From NCBI RefSeq assembly GCF_058153355.1, contig NZ_CM177019.1: 64,000 nucleotides of DNA; one strand, written 5' to 3'. Shown one piece after another: positions 32,064 to 42,097 of the stretch (the stretch's first letter is position 1; every line of letters begins with the position of its first letter). Position numbers and translations under genes: made by a program. Below the pieces are notes generated by a model. That model did not search any database. It had not been told where the DNA came from and saw only the letters and a list, made by a program, of their open reading frames with translations.

Positions 32064-32957
32064 ATGAAACCGCAGGTTTATCACGTCGATGCTTTTACCG
32101 CTCAACCGTTTCGCGGCAATTCTGCCGGTGTTGTTTTTCCCGCCGATAAACTTAGCGAAGCGCAAATGCAGCTTATCGCCCGCGAATTAGGTCATTCGGA
32201 AACTGCTTTTCTGCTGCACTGCGACGACAGCGATGTACACGTTCGATACTTTACGCCAACGGTTGAAGTGCCAATTTGCGGTCACGCAACGGTGGCTGCG
32301 CACTATGTGCGTTCAAAGGTATTAGGTTTGGGAAATTGCACGGTCTGGCAAACGTCGCTGGCAGGAAAACATCGCGTGACTATCGAAAAGCACAACGATG
32401 ATTATCGTATTTCGCTGGAACAAGGTACGCCGGGCTTTGAGCCACCGCTGGAAGGTGAAACACGTGCGGCGATTATCAACGCATTGCATCTTACCGAAGA
32501 CAATATTCTGCCGGGTTTGCCAATCCAGGTGGCAACCACAGGACACTCAAAAGTGATGATCCCGTTGAAACCAGAAGTGGATATCGACGCCCTTTCGCCT
32601 GACCTTGCTGCGCTGACCGCTATTAGTAAACAGATTGGCTGCAATGGTTTTTTCCCGTTCCAGATCCGCCCTGGCAAAAATGAAACCGATGGTCATATGT
32701 TCTCACCAGCGATAGGTATTGTGGAAGATCCGGTGACCGGGAATGCCAATGGCCCGATGGGCGCATGGTTGGTACATCACAACTTACTACCCCATGATGG
32801 CAGCGTGTTGCGTGTTAAAGGCCATCAGGGGCGCGCACTGGGGCGTGACGGCGTGATTGATGTGACGGTGACAATTCGAGATAACCAACCGGAGAAAGTT
32901 ACCATTTCCGGCACGGCGGTGATTCTTTTCCATGCTGAATGGGCCATTGATTTTTGA
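32064..32957 (+). CDS. yddE: PhzF-family isomerase-like protein
   Basis: 297 aa; conserved position after narV. Confidence 0.8.
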   Translation: MKPQVYHVDAFTAQPFRGNSAGVVFPADKLSEAQMQLIARELGHSETAFLLHCDDSDVHVRYFTPTVEVPICGHATVAAHYVRSKVLGLGNCTVWQTSLAGKHRVTIEKHNDDYRISLEQGTPGFEPPLEGETRAAIINALHLTEDNILPGLPIQVATTGHSKVMIPLKPEVDIDALSPDLAALTAISKQIGCNGFFPFQIRPGKNETDGHMFSPAIGIVEDPVTGNANGPMGAWLVHHNLLPHDGSVLRVKGHQGRALGRDGVIDVTVTIRDNQPEKVTISGTAVILFHAEWAIDF

Positions 32958-32960
32958 TAC

Positions 32961-33046
32961 CGTTGCCTGATGCGCTTCGCTTATCAGGCCTACAACCGGG
33001 CTAATGTGGGCCGGTTGTAGGCGTTTACGCCGCATCCGGCCCCTGG
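32961..33046. repeat. BIME-like pair of inverted REP elements between yddE and nhoA
   Basis: gcctgatgcgcttcgcttatcaggcctacaaccgg followed by ccggttgtaggcgtttacgccgcatccggcc. Confidence 0.6.
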
Positions 33047-33052
33047 CACAAA

Positions 33053-33898
33053 CTATTTCCCCGCCTCCGGATGCGTATCAAACGCCGCCATCACCAACGC
33101 CAGTTCATCCACAGTAAAGCCATGCTTTGCGTCATCTACGCCCAGACCAAACTGCTCCTGCATCACGGCATATAACGACGCCACATCCGGTAGATTTCGC
33201 TGCTCCACTGCATGTCCATTTTCATAATGGGTGAAATGAAAATTGGTCAGTGTCAGTTTGCCACCGTCCGGCAAATGGCGGCACATCAGCAAATGATGGC
33301 GAAAATGCGATTGCGGCCAGTGCGCAGACCAGAAATTGCCCATTATATAATCGCTTTGTTGCTGCTCGCAGAGATCAAAACGGTACATCGACTGCCAGTG
33401 CTGATGATGATTAAACTGCAACACCCAATCATCACCCTCCTGTAACAACCGATACTCTCCGTGTGGCGTGATCTGCACGAGATCGGGAACTAAACGAATC
33501 GGCGCGGTTAGCGTCTGTCCACCGAAACCGACATCAGCAATCCATTTTTCCCCTTCCAGTTCCACCAACAACAAACGATGGGTGCGCGGCGGTAATGCTG
33601 GCGGATTAGATAACACTACGCGCCCTAACAGACTGCGTACCTGAAAACCCAGCTCGCGTAACACCCGCTCAAACACGCCATTCTGCTCAAAGCAGTAACC
33701 ACCACGCCGGGCGAGCACCAATTTCTCTTCCAGCGATTGATCATCAAGCTGCATTTCTCTCGGCAGTAAAACATCGAGATTTTCAAATGGAATGGTGCAA
33801 TTGTGTTTCAGGTGTAATGCGCGCAGCGTTTCGATATTGACCGCAGCCGCTCCCGACCAGTTAATGCGGGTAAAATAGTGATTCAGAATGGGCGTCAT
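33053..33898 (-). CDS. nhoA: Arylamine N-acetyltransferase / N-hydroxyarylamine O-acetyltransferase
   Basis: 281 aa; NAT family with conserved Cys (GGYCFEQN). Confidence 0.9.
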   Translation of the reverse strand: MTPILNHYFTRINWSGAAAVNIETLRALHLKHNCTIPFENLDVLLPREMQLDDQSLEEKLVLARRGGYCFEQNGVFERVLRELGFQVRSLLGRVVLSNPPALPPRTHRLLLVELEGEKWIADVGFGGQTLTAPIRLVPDLVQITPHGEYRLLQEGDDWVLQFNHHQHWQSMYRFDLCEQQQSDYIMGNFWSAHWPQSHFRHHLLMCRHLPDGGKLTLTNFHFTHYENGHAVEQRNLPDVASLYAVMQEQFGLGVDDAKHGFTVDELALVMAAFDTHPEAGK

Positions 33899-34072
33899 CA
33901 GGCGTTTCCGTTTGTGGTTTTCTCAATTTATAACCTGGAATAGACGCCGCACCGGCTATTTTGTGCGATCGCGGACATGCATCACGTTCGCAAATCGCCA
34001 ATCCCGTTAATTTCGTTGCTTATTGCGTTACGAGCTACGCTTTTAAAACACCCTTCATAGCGAGGCGATATC

Positions 34073-34642
34073 GTGAGCCGATTCATCCCTGTCGAATTAC
34101 ACCATGCCAGCCGTCTGTTAAATCATGGCCCAACTGTCTTGATCACCAGTTTCGATGAGCAATCCCAGCGGCGTAACATTATGGCAGCAGCTTGGTCAAT
34201 GCCGGTGGAGTTTGAACCGCCACACGTGGCAATTGTGGTAGATAAATCGACATGGACCAGGGACTTGATTGAACGTAATGGTAAGTTTGGCATCGTTATC
34301 CCGGGTGTTGCAGCAACTAACTGGACGTGGGCGGTGGGAAGTGTCTCGGGTCGAGAAGAAGATAAATTTAATTGCTATGGCATTCCGGTTGTGAAAGGTC
34401 CGGTGCTTGGATTGCCGCTGGTTGAAGAGAAATGTCTGGCATGGATGGAGTGTCGATTGCTACCAGCGACTTCTGCGCAAGAAAAATACGATACGCTATT
34501 TGGCGAAGTGGTATCGGCAGCGGCAGACGCACGAGTATTTGTCGAAGGCCGCTGGCAGTTTGATGATGACAAACTCAATACACTACATCATTTAGGTGCT
34601 GGCACGTTTGTTACCAGCGGGAAGCGAGTTACGGCAGGTTAA
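34073..34642 (+). CDS. yddH: Flavin reductase-like domain protein
   Basis: 189-aa ORF; synteny. Confidence 0.8.
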   Translation: MSRFIPVELHHASRLLNHGPTVLITSFDEQSQRRNIMAAAWSMPVEFEPPHVAIVVDKSTWTRDLIERNGKFGIVIPGVAATNWTWAVGSVSGREEDKFNCYGIPVVKGPVLGLPLVEEKCLAWMECRLLPATSAQEKYDTLFGEVVSAAADARVFVEGRWQFDDDKLNTLHHLGAGTFVTSGKRVTAG

Positions 34643-34645
34643 GCA

Positions 34646-34873
34646 TTACATGCTGTAACCAGGTTTCTTTATCAGCGTCTCCATTTGGGGCGCAATTTCG
34701 GCGTCCCAGACAGCTTGCCATGATTCTGGTTGAATCTGCTGTAGAGCAATGCTTATCGAACTGTCTTTACTGTTCAGATGGCGAATAATAACGTCGGTAA
34801 TATCTGCAGCAAGTGCTGCTTTTTGTTGTTCGTCCAGTTCACGTGGAAAACATTTAATGTCTATGTGCGGCAT
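34646..34873 (-). CDS. pptA: Tautomerase (4-oxalocrotonate tautomerase family) PptA
   Basis: 75-aa ORF beginning [13 protein letters not shown] (N-terminal Pro after Met); track ORF extends upstream to an earlier ATG. Confidence 0.8.
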   Translation of the reverse strand: MPHIDIKCFPRELDEQQKAALAADITDVIIRHLNSKDSSISIALQQIQPESWQAVWDAEIAPQMETLIKKPGYSM

Positions 34874-35177
34874 GATTGTGCTCCTTTTGAAAGATGTCAG
34901 TAAAATTAACACACGTTGTGAATGTTATGTGTCCGGTGATGCTTTTTTACGGCAATAATGCCTACTTGAATTTGTACAGATTTGTACTACACCCTTTTAA
35001 ATAAAGCGCCAACAAAAAACGTCAACTTGCAGAATATATTCTTCGCCAACATGCCATTAAGAAACATCAAGTTCCCGGCTTGCCAATTTATTAACGCCCA
35101 TTATAGTTATTCTTGCCCTCACAAAAATTTTCATCCGTAATTACCCCCAATAAAAGTCCATTCTGGAGACGCTTAAG

Positions 35178-37154
35178 ATGCAGCTTAATCATATTGTTAA
35201 AAGTCTGCTAATAACGGGATTATTCACCACCAGTTCTTTGCCACTCCTCGCGGCGGAAGCCCCTAAAGACGCCACCGCAGCCACGCAACAAGCAAACAAT
35301 TTACTCTACAACCAGTTGCCGTTTTCTGATAACACTGACTTTACTGATGCCCATAAAGGTTTTGTTGCCCCTATCCCTCAAGACGTGATTAAGGGCGAAA
35401 AAGGAAATGTTATCTGGGATCCACAACAATACGCTTTTATTAAAGAAGGTGATAAAGCCCCTGATACGGTGAATCCAAGTTTATGGCGTCAGGCGCAACT
35501 GATAAATATCAGCGGATTATTTGAAGTGACTGAAGGTGTCTATCAGATTCGTAACCTCGATTTATCAAATATGACCATCATTGAAGGCAAAGAGGGTATT
35601 ACCATCGTTGATCCCCTTGTTTCAGCAGAAAGAGCCAAAGTGGGTATGGATCTCTATTACAAAAATCGCGACAAAAAACCGGTAGTAGCGGTTATCTACA
35701 CACACAGTCATGTCGATCACTACGGTGGTGTTCGCGGCGTAATTGATGAAGCTGACGTTAAATCAGGCAAAGTTAAAATCTACGCGCCAGCCGGATTTTT
35801 GGAGGAAGCCGTTTCCGAAAATATTATGGCTGGCAATGTGATGAGCCGACGAGCCAGTTATATGTATGGCAACTTATTGAAACCTGATGTTAAAGGCCAG
35901 GTTGGCGCGGGACTGGGAACAACCACTTCAGCAGGAACGGTCACGTTGATTGCTCCTACTAACTACATCACCAAAACCGGACAAAAAGAAACTATTGACG
36001 GGTTGACCTATGATTTCTTGATGGCGCCAGGCTCTGAAGCACCTTCTGAAATGCTGTGGTTTATTGAAGAAAAGAAACTGATCGAAACCGCCGAAGATGT
36101 TACGCATACCCTTCATAACACCTATTCGCTGCGTGGGGCTAAAATTCGCCAACCGCTGCCGTGGTCAAAATATATTAACGAAGCTCTCAATTTATGGGGA
36201 GATAAAGCCGAGATTATTCTCGCTCAACATCACTGGCCAACCTGGGGCAACGATAACGTGGTCAAACTGCTTAAAAGCCAGCGTGATTTGTATCGTTACA
36301 TCAATGATCAAACTCTGCGTATGGCAAATCAAGGGATGACCCGTGATGAAATTGCCGCAAACTTTAAACTGCCCTCTTCACTGGCTAATACCTGGGCGAA
36401 TCGCGGCTATTACGGTTCGGTAAGTCATGACGTGAAAGCAACTTACGTGCTTTATCTCGGCTGGTTTGATGGTAACCCCGCGACGCTTGATGAACTGCCA
36501 CCAGAAGAAGGCGCAAAAAAATTCGTCGAGTATATGGGCGGTGCTGATGCCATTTTACAGAAAGCCAAACAAGATTATGACCAGGGTAATTTCCGCTGGG
36601 TTGCTCAGGTTGTAAGTAAGGTGGTGTTTGCGGATCCAAACAACCAGGCAGCGAGAAATCTGGAAGCTGATGCGCTTGAGCAGTTAGGCTATCAGGCTGA
36701 ATCTGGGCCGTGGCGTAATTTTTATCTCACAGGCGCACAGGAATTGCGTAATGGCGTACAAAAATTACCAACACCAAATACTGCCAGCCCTGACACCGTG
36801 CGTGCAATGACGCCAGAGATGTTCTTTGATTATCTTGCCGTCCATATTAATGGTGAGAAAGCGGCAGATGCCAAAGCTGTACTGAATTTCGATTTTGGTG
36901 AAGATGGCGGCACCTATAAAGTGGAGCTTGAAAATGGTGTTCTCAATCATACCGATGGTGTAAAGGCTTCGGATGCTGATGCCACTATCACTCTGTCTCG
37001 TGATGTATTGAACAAAATTGTACTAAAAGAAGAGACGCTGAAAGAAGCCACGGACAAAGGAGATGTCAAAATTACTGGCAATGCGGAAAAACTCAACGAG
37101 CTGTTAGGTTATATGGATAATTTTGAATTTTGGTTCAATATAGTGACACCATAA
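35178..37154 (+). CDS. Secreted alkyl/aryl-sulfatase-like metallo-beta-lactamase-fold protein (YjcS/SdsA1 family)
   Basis: 658 aa with signal peptide, THSHVDHYGG metal-binding motif and a C-terminal SCP2-like region. Confidence 0.7.
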   Translation: MQLNHIVKSLLITGLFTTSSLPLLAAEAPKDATAATQQANNLLYNQLPFSDNTDFTDAHKGFVAPIPQDVIKGEKGNVIWDPQQYAFIKEGDKAPDTVNPSLWRQAQLINISGLFEVTEGVYQIRNLDLSNMTIIEGKEGITIVDPLVSAERAKVGMDLYYKNRDKKPVVAVIYTHSHVDHYGGVRGVIDEADVKSGKVKIYAPAGFLEEAVSENIMAGNVMSRRASYMYGNLLKPDVKGQVGAGLGTTTSAGTVTLIAPTNYITKTGQKETIDGLTYDFLMAPGSEAPSEMLWFIEEKKLIETAEDVTHTLHNTYSLRGAKIRQPLPWSKYINEALNLWGDKAEIILAQHHWPTWGNDNVVKLLKSQRDLYRYINDQTLRMANQGMTRDEIAANFKLPSSLANTWANRGYYGSVSHDVKATYVLYLGWFDGNPATLDELPPEEGAKKFVEYMGGADAILQKAKQDYDQGNFRWVAQVVSKVVFADPNNQAARNLEADALEQLGYQAESGPWRNFYLTGAQELRNGVQKLPTPNTASPDTVRAMTPEMFFDYLAVHINGEKAADAKAVLNFDFGEDGGTYKVELENGVLNHTDGVKASDADATITLSRDVLNKIVLKEETLKEATDKGDVKITGNAEKLNELLGYMDNFEFWFNIVTP

Positions 37155-37165
37155 ATTTACTGTAT

Positions 37166-37196
37166 ACCGGGCAGGTATCCTGCCCTTTTTTGGTTA
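37166..37196 (+). terminator. Intrinsic terminator after the sulfatase-like gene
   Basis: ccgggcagg tatc ctgccc followed by TTTTTT. Confidence 0.75.
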
Positions 37197-37200
37197 AAAA

Positions 37201-38298
37201 ATGGCTGAACAAAGAAAAACGCATCACTCGTGGAAAACCCGCCGCGATATGGTTATTCGCGGCATGACGATTAGTTTGCCATGGTTTGCTTTTATCAATG
37301 TCAGTTTTGCATTGATGATTTTGCTGCGCCGTGTTCTGTTTAATGACCTTACTCCTCCCTGGTTAAATGAAAAAAGCCTTATACATTCTATTGATATATC
37401 TGCAACGGGTATTCTGCTGATTTGCAGTGGTTTACTACTCATCCCTCGGCAAAAAACATTACCTATCCAGGTGCTATTAGTTGCCCTGAGCCTGCTATGG
37501 TCATGGTGTAGTTATCACTTTATTGCGTACTGGACGCTGCAGTTTGCTTATCCACTATGTGTATTATTAATGCTTAGTGGCGTTGTCGCACTTTATTTCC
37601 ATACCCCATCATTGCTCGCATTTGTCATTCCCTTATGGTTCACCACTCCAATAGCGAGCCTTATGCTTAATCAACAGGTTAATATTCATTTTGCTGTTAT
37701 CTGGTGTATTTTTTCACTGGCGTTATATGGTGGGCGACTCATTTTGTTACGTTGGTTTGAAGAAGCATGGGAACAAAACAGCTATAACAACCAGTTAATT
37801 AATCGCCTTGATGCATTAGCACATCGTGATCCTTTAACTGGGATAGCAAACCGACGAGCAATGAACAGTATCTTACACGACGCGATAGATAACGGCGGGT
37901 CATTTGCTCTTATTATGCTGGATGTCGATTTTTTTAAACGCTACAACGACACCTACGGGCATCCTGCTGGGGATCGTTGTCTGATACAAGTTGCCGACGC
38001 TCTACAGCATTCAACTCGCCAGTCGGAGGATGTTGTTGTCCGTTATGGTGGCGAAGAGTTTGCCATCATACTTTTTAATGCAACATTGCCGGAAGCAGAG
38101 ACGGTAGCAGCCAGAGTGAAGCAAGAACTTAAACTGGCAGCTATCCCGCATCAGGCATCTGCTGTTAATGCATTCGTTACGGTTAGTCAGGGGATTACCT
38201 GTTCAGCTCCCGCAAAAACGGCTGAACAAATTATTTCAGATGCCGACGCCGCGTTATACCGGGCGAAAGAAAGTGGGCGAAATCGATGGGAAAAATAA
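37201..38298 (+). CDS. Membrane-anchored diguanylate cyclase (GGDEF domain, GGEEF active site)
   Basis: 365 aa; N-terminal multi-TM region, C-terminal GGDEF domain with RYGGEEF. Confidence 0.75.
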   Translation: MAEQRKTHHSWKTRRDMVIRGMTISLPWFAFINVSFALMILLRRVLFNDLTPPWLNEKSLIHSIDISATGILLICSGLLLIPRQKTLPIQVLLVALSLLWSWCSYHFIAYWTLQFAYPLCVLLMLSGVVALYFHTPSLLAFVIPLWFTTPIASLMLNQQVNIHFAVIWCIFSLALYGGRLILLRWFEEAWEQNSYNNQLINRLDALAHRDPLTGIANRRAMNSILHDAIDNGGSFALIMLDVDFFKRYNDTYGHPAGDRCLIQVADALQHSTRQSEDVVVRYGGEEFAIILFNATLPEAETVAARVKQELKLAAIPHQASAVNAFVTVSQGITCSAPAKTAEQIISDADAALYRAKESGRNRWEK

Positions 38299-38916
38299 TT
38301 AAATGATTCCATTCCTCTTTAGTATCCCTTTTAGCTTTGGTATCTGACATACAGCATCAGCGATCGCACTGATATTCGTGGCATTATCCTGAAACCATTC
38401 ATGCCCAGGCCCCCATGTGCGCATAGTGCAAAGATAACAGTCCACCAGCGTTAGTTGCTCACCAAACGCATAAGGTTCAGCGGTCAATTGTGAATTCAGC
38501 CAGATATAAAGCGATTTGCGATATTCAATAACATTCTTCTTCAACTGTTCAGGTGCGTCAGGAGCCCAACGCTCAGGGTAATCGGCGAAGGTAAACGTTG
38601 GATAGACATTAGCGACCAGCCAGACCAATAACCGTTGAAACTGCTGACGTTCGGCGTGCCCAATCGGTGGCGAAAAATTCGGGTGGCGGTCGAGAACCAT
38701 CAATGCAATCGCCGCTGTCTCCGTCATAATCTCGCCATTTTCCAGCACCATTGTCGGAATCTGGCACAACGGGTTCAGGTTTTTCAGTATCTCGCGAGAA
38801 GTTCCCTCGCGATCAAACCCACTGACATCAACGAACTGATAAGGAATATCAGCCAGTGATAGCATCAGCTCACTGATTGTAGAGCCCCATCCGGGTACGC
38901 CATACACCTTAATCAT
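38299..38916 (-). CDS. yncG: Glutathione S-transferase-like protein
   Basis: 205 aa, GST fold; next to ansP as in K-12; stop codon abuts the stop of the convergent GGDEF gene. Confidence 0.7.
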   Translation of the reverse strand: MIKVYGVPGWGSTISELMLSLADIPYQFVDVSGFDREGTSREILKNLNPLCQIPTMVLENGEIMTETAAIALMVLDRHPNFSPPIGHAERQQFQRLLVWLVANVYPTFTFADYPERWAPDAPEQLKKNVIEYRKSLYIWLNSQLTAEPYAFGEQLTLVDCYLCTMRTWGPGHEWFQDNATNISAIADAVCQIPKLKGILKRNGII

Positions 38917-39182
38917 ATGCCCCTCACAATCTTTTAAAGATTAAGTGTAGGACAGTACACAGGTTAACCAGCAAAAGGATTTGTCATTTTTTCGTCAGTT
39001 GTATTATTCCCCTTCAGGATTGTAAGGGGATGTTTTGCATCGTTTATCGATAACGGGTAGGATGCTGCGCCGATAGTTTTATACCCATAAAGAATAATGG
39101 TGATAACTATCATCGCCAGGATGAATAAACATTGTTCATGGCAACTTATATGACTTTTTCATTAAAGCAATCAGGGAGAGCA

Positions 39183-40682
39183 ATGAGTAAACACGACACC
39201 GACACTTCAGATCAACACGCCGCGAAACGTCGCTGGCTTAATGCCCACGAAGAGGGGTATCACAAAGCGATGGGCAATCGCCAGGTACAGATGATCGCCA
39301 TTGGCGGCGCGATTGGCACCGGCTTGTTTTTAGGTGCAGGAGCCCGACTGCAAATGGCGGGGCCAGCACTGGCACTGGTCTATTTAATCTGCGGCCTGTT
39401 TTCATTTTTTATTCTGCGTGCATTGGGTGAGCTGGTGCTACACCGGCCTTCCAGTGGCAGTTTTGTCTCTTATGCCCGTGAGTTTTTAGGAGAGAAAGCC
39501 GCTTACGTTGCAGGCTGGATGTACTTCATCAACTGGGCGATGACGGGGATTGTCGATATTACCGCCGTCGCGCTGTATATGCATTACTGGGGTGCGTTTG
39601 GCGGCGTGCCGCAGTGGGTCTTTGCGCTCGCTGCGCTGACCATCGTTGGCACCATGAATATGATCGGTGTGAAATGGTTTGCGGAGATGGAGTTCTGGTT
39701 TGCGCTTATTAAAGTGCTCGCCATTGTGACCTTTTTGGTCGTGGGTACAGTGTTCCTCGGTAGTGGTCAGCCGCTGGATGGCAACACCACTGGCTTTCAT
39801 TTAATCACCGATAATGGCGGCTTCTTCCCCCATGGTTTGCTACCTGCGCTGGTATTGATTCAGGGCGTAGTGTTTGCTTTTGCCTCCATTGAAATGGTGG
39901 GTACAGCTGCCGGAGAATGTAAAGATCCTCAGACCATGGTGCCTAAAGCCATTAACAGTGTGATTTGGCGTATTGGCCTGTTTTACGTCGGCTCCGTGGT
40001 GTTGCTGGTTATGTTATTGCCGTGGAGTGCGTATCAGGCTGGGCAAAGTCCGTTTGTGACGTTCTTTTCCAAACTGGGCGTGCCGTACATCGGCAGCATT
40101 ATGAACATTGTGGTGCTGACCGCTGCGCTCTCCAGCCTGAACTCAGGTCTGTACTGCACCGGACGTATTCTGCGCTCGATGGCGATGGGCGGTTCCGCAC
40201 CGAGTTTTATGGCGAAAATGAGCCGTCAGCATGTGCCGTATGCCGGGATCCTGGCGACGCTGGTCGTTTATGTTGTTGGCGTATTCCTTAACTATCTGGT
40301 GCCGTCGCGCGTATTTGAGATTGTGTTGAACTTCGCGTCGCTGGGAATCATCGCTTCATGGGCGTTTATCATCGTGTGCCAGATGCGCCTGCGTAAAGCG
40401 ATTAAAGAAGGCAAAGCAGCGGATGTCAGTTTTAAACTGCCTGGCGCGCCCTTCACTTCCTGGCTGACATTACTGTTTTTACTGAGTGTCCTTGTGCTGA
40501 TGGCGTTTGATTACCCGAACGGGACTTATACCATTGCGGCGCTGCCGATTATCGGTATTCTGCTGGTTATAGGCTGGTTTGGTGTGCGCAAACGCGTTGC
40601 TGAAATTCACAGCACTGCGCCAGTCGTCGAGGAAGATGAAGAACAACAGGAAATTGTGTTTAAGCCAGAGACGGCGAGTTAA
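39183..40682 (+). CDS. ansP: L-asparagine permease (APC family)
   Basis: 499 aa from MSKHDTDTSDQHAAKRRWLNAHEEGYHK.. Confidence 0.9.
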   Translation: MSKHDTDTSDQHAAKRRWLNAHEEGYHKAMGNRQVQMIAIGGAIGTGLFLGAGARLQMAGPALALVYLICGLFSFFILRALGELVLHRPSSGSFVSYAREFLGEKAAYVAGWMYFINWAMTGIVDITAVALYMHYWGAFGGVPQWVFALAALTIVGTMNMIGVKWFAEMEFWFALIKVLAIVTFLVVGTVFLGSGQPLDGNTTGFHLITDNGGFFPHGLLPALVLIQGVVFAFASIEMVGTAAGECKDPQTMVPKAINSVIWRIGLFYVGSVVLLVMLLPWSAYQAGQSPFVTFFSKLGVPYIGSIMNIVVLTAALSSLNSGLYCTGRILRSMAMGGSAPSFMAKMSRQHVPYAGILATLVVYVVGVFLNYLVPSRVFEIVLNFASLGIIASWAFIIVCQMRLRKAIKEGKAADVSFKLPGAPFTSWLTLLFLLSVLVLMAFDYPNGTYTIAALPIIGILLVIGWFGVRKRVAEIHSTAPVVEEDEEQQEIVFKPETAS

Positions 40683-40690
40683 TTGCAAAA

Positions 40691-40713
40691 TTGCCCGGCT
40701 ATGTGCCGGGCAA
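40691..40713. terminator. Hairpin after ansP (ttgcccggc tatgt gccgggcaa), adjacent to a partial REP
   Basis: 9-bp GC-rich stem; weak T tract; followed by gccggatgcggcgtga. Confidence 0.45.
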
Positions 40714-40794
40714 ATTCAGATTAGAAACGAGGGTGCCGGATGCGGCGTGATAAAAGTCAGGCAAGTCTCTCAGTTTTCACCCTCGCCATATCTA

Positions 40795-41856
40795 TTACAA
40801 CGCAATACGAATCACATCGTCCGGCTGAGTAGCTTCCTGCTGTTTAGTGGATTTTTGTTTCACACTGACATACAGCGTTTTGCCATCGGCAGACAGCGCC
40901 AGGCTGTTCGGATGGGTCGGCGTATCGAACGTTTTCACCACTTTATAGCTTTTCGCGTCAATCACACTGACTTTACCTGCCTGACGATGCGTTACGTAGG
41001 CTTCATTACGCGCTGGGTTAAACAGCACAGCCAGTGATTCCGGTGCCGCAACCTTCGCCAGAATATTGCCATTACGGGTATCGACCACTAGCACTTCTGC
41101 CGCTTTAGAATCGGTGATAAATGCACGCTGCCTGGCGGTATCGAGGCTGATGTTGATAAAGAAGTGCTCTTTGCCATCATCCAGCAGCTTTTTACGGCTG
41201 AGGATTTTATTGTCGGCGGTGTCGATGGTAATCAATTCACCATCGGCATTAGTGGTGTAAAGACGTTTGCCTTTGCTATCCAGCGCCAGACCGGTACTCA
41301 TTTTACCGGTGTTCTGGATGGCGGTTTTCAGTTTGATATTCTCGCCATCAACGACCCAAATCACGCTCTCTTTACCAATACCACTGATGTAAACGGTGTT
41401 CGTGGCATCATCAGCTACCAGCTCACGCGGTTGCAGCGGGCGCACCTCTTCCGTGCGCTTACGATCATCCAGCACCAGACGGCCTTTCACTTCGCCCGTT
41501 TTGGCATCTATCGCCGTGACCGCGCTGTTTACGGTGTTACCAAACCACAACGTCTGAGTCGTGTTATTGATGGTGGCACCAAACGGCTTGAGATCGTTAT
41601 GGATCGCCTGCGTCACTTCCAGAGTGACCGGATCAAGACGATAAACCACGCCACCTTTATCCAGTTTGCGGCTTTGCGAAGTGGCGAGCCACAGCGCGTT
41701 TTCTTGCTGGCTATAAGCCATTTCGTAGGCACCTTTACCTACCGCTTTACGCAGCATTTCTTCTGCGGCCTGCGTACTGAATGATGAAGCAACAAGCAAT
41801 GAACCTAACAGTAATGAACCACGCAGGCGCGATGAAAACAGATGACGTAAATGCAT
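40795..41856 (-). CDS. yncE: Periplasmic beta-propeller protein YncE
   Basis: 353 aa with signal peptide; recognised sequence. Confidence 0.85.
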   Translation of the reverse strand: MHLRHLFSSRLRGSLLLGSLLVASSFSTQAAEEMLRKAVGKGAYEMAYSQQENALWLATSQSRKLDKGGVVYRLDPVTLEVTQAIHNDLKPFGATINNTTQTLWFGNTVNSAVTAIDAKTGEVKGRLVLDDRKRTEEVRPLQPRELVADDATNTVYISGIGKESVIWVVDGENIKLKTAIQNTGKMSTGLALDSKGKRLYTTNADGELITIDTADNKILSRKKLLDDGKEHFFINISLDTARQRAFITDSKAAEVLVVDTRNGNILAKVAAPESLAVLFNPARNEAYVTHRQAGKVSVIDAKSYKVVKTFDTPTHPNSLALSADGKTLYVSVKQKSTKQQEATQPDDVIRIAL

Positions 41857-42097
41857 GACGACTCCCTTTGATGAACCGATATTTTTGCTGCTTCACAATG
41901 CTTCGCTAAGCGTAATCATCGTTACGCTCTTGTTATAAATGGGAATGGTAATCATTATTTTCTCAAATGTGGAGCATTTCTTGCCGTTACGACTACAATT
42001 TTCTCAATTACTTAACGTATTGTGCCGTTTCATTTTCCATAAATTTACAATTTCATTACCATGACGGCGTTTTCCCATTCTTAACCTGGCTTTTTTC

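Noticed and set aside
37201..38301. Convergent genes with abutting stops (GGDEF gene/yncG; also yddH/pptA and ydcK/rimL) as a possible misassembly
   Set aside because: Frames on both sides are full length with expected termini; tight convergent ends are common in E. coli.
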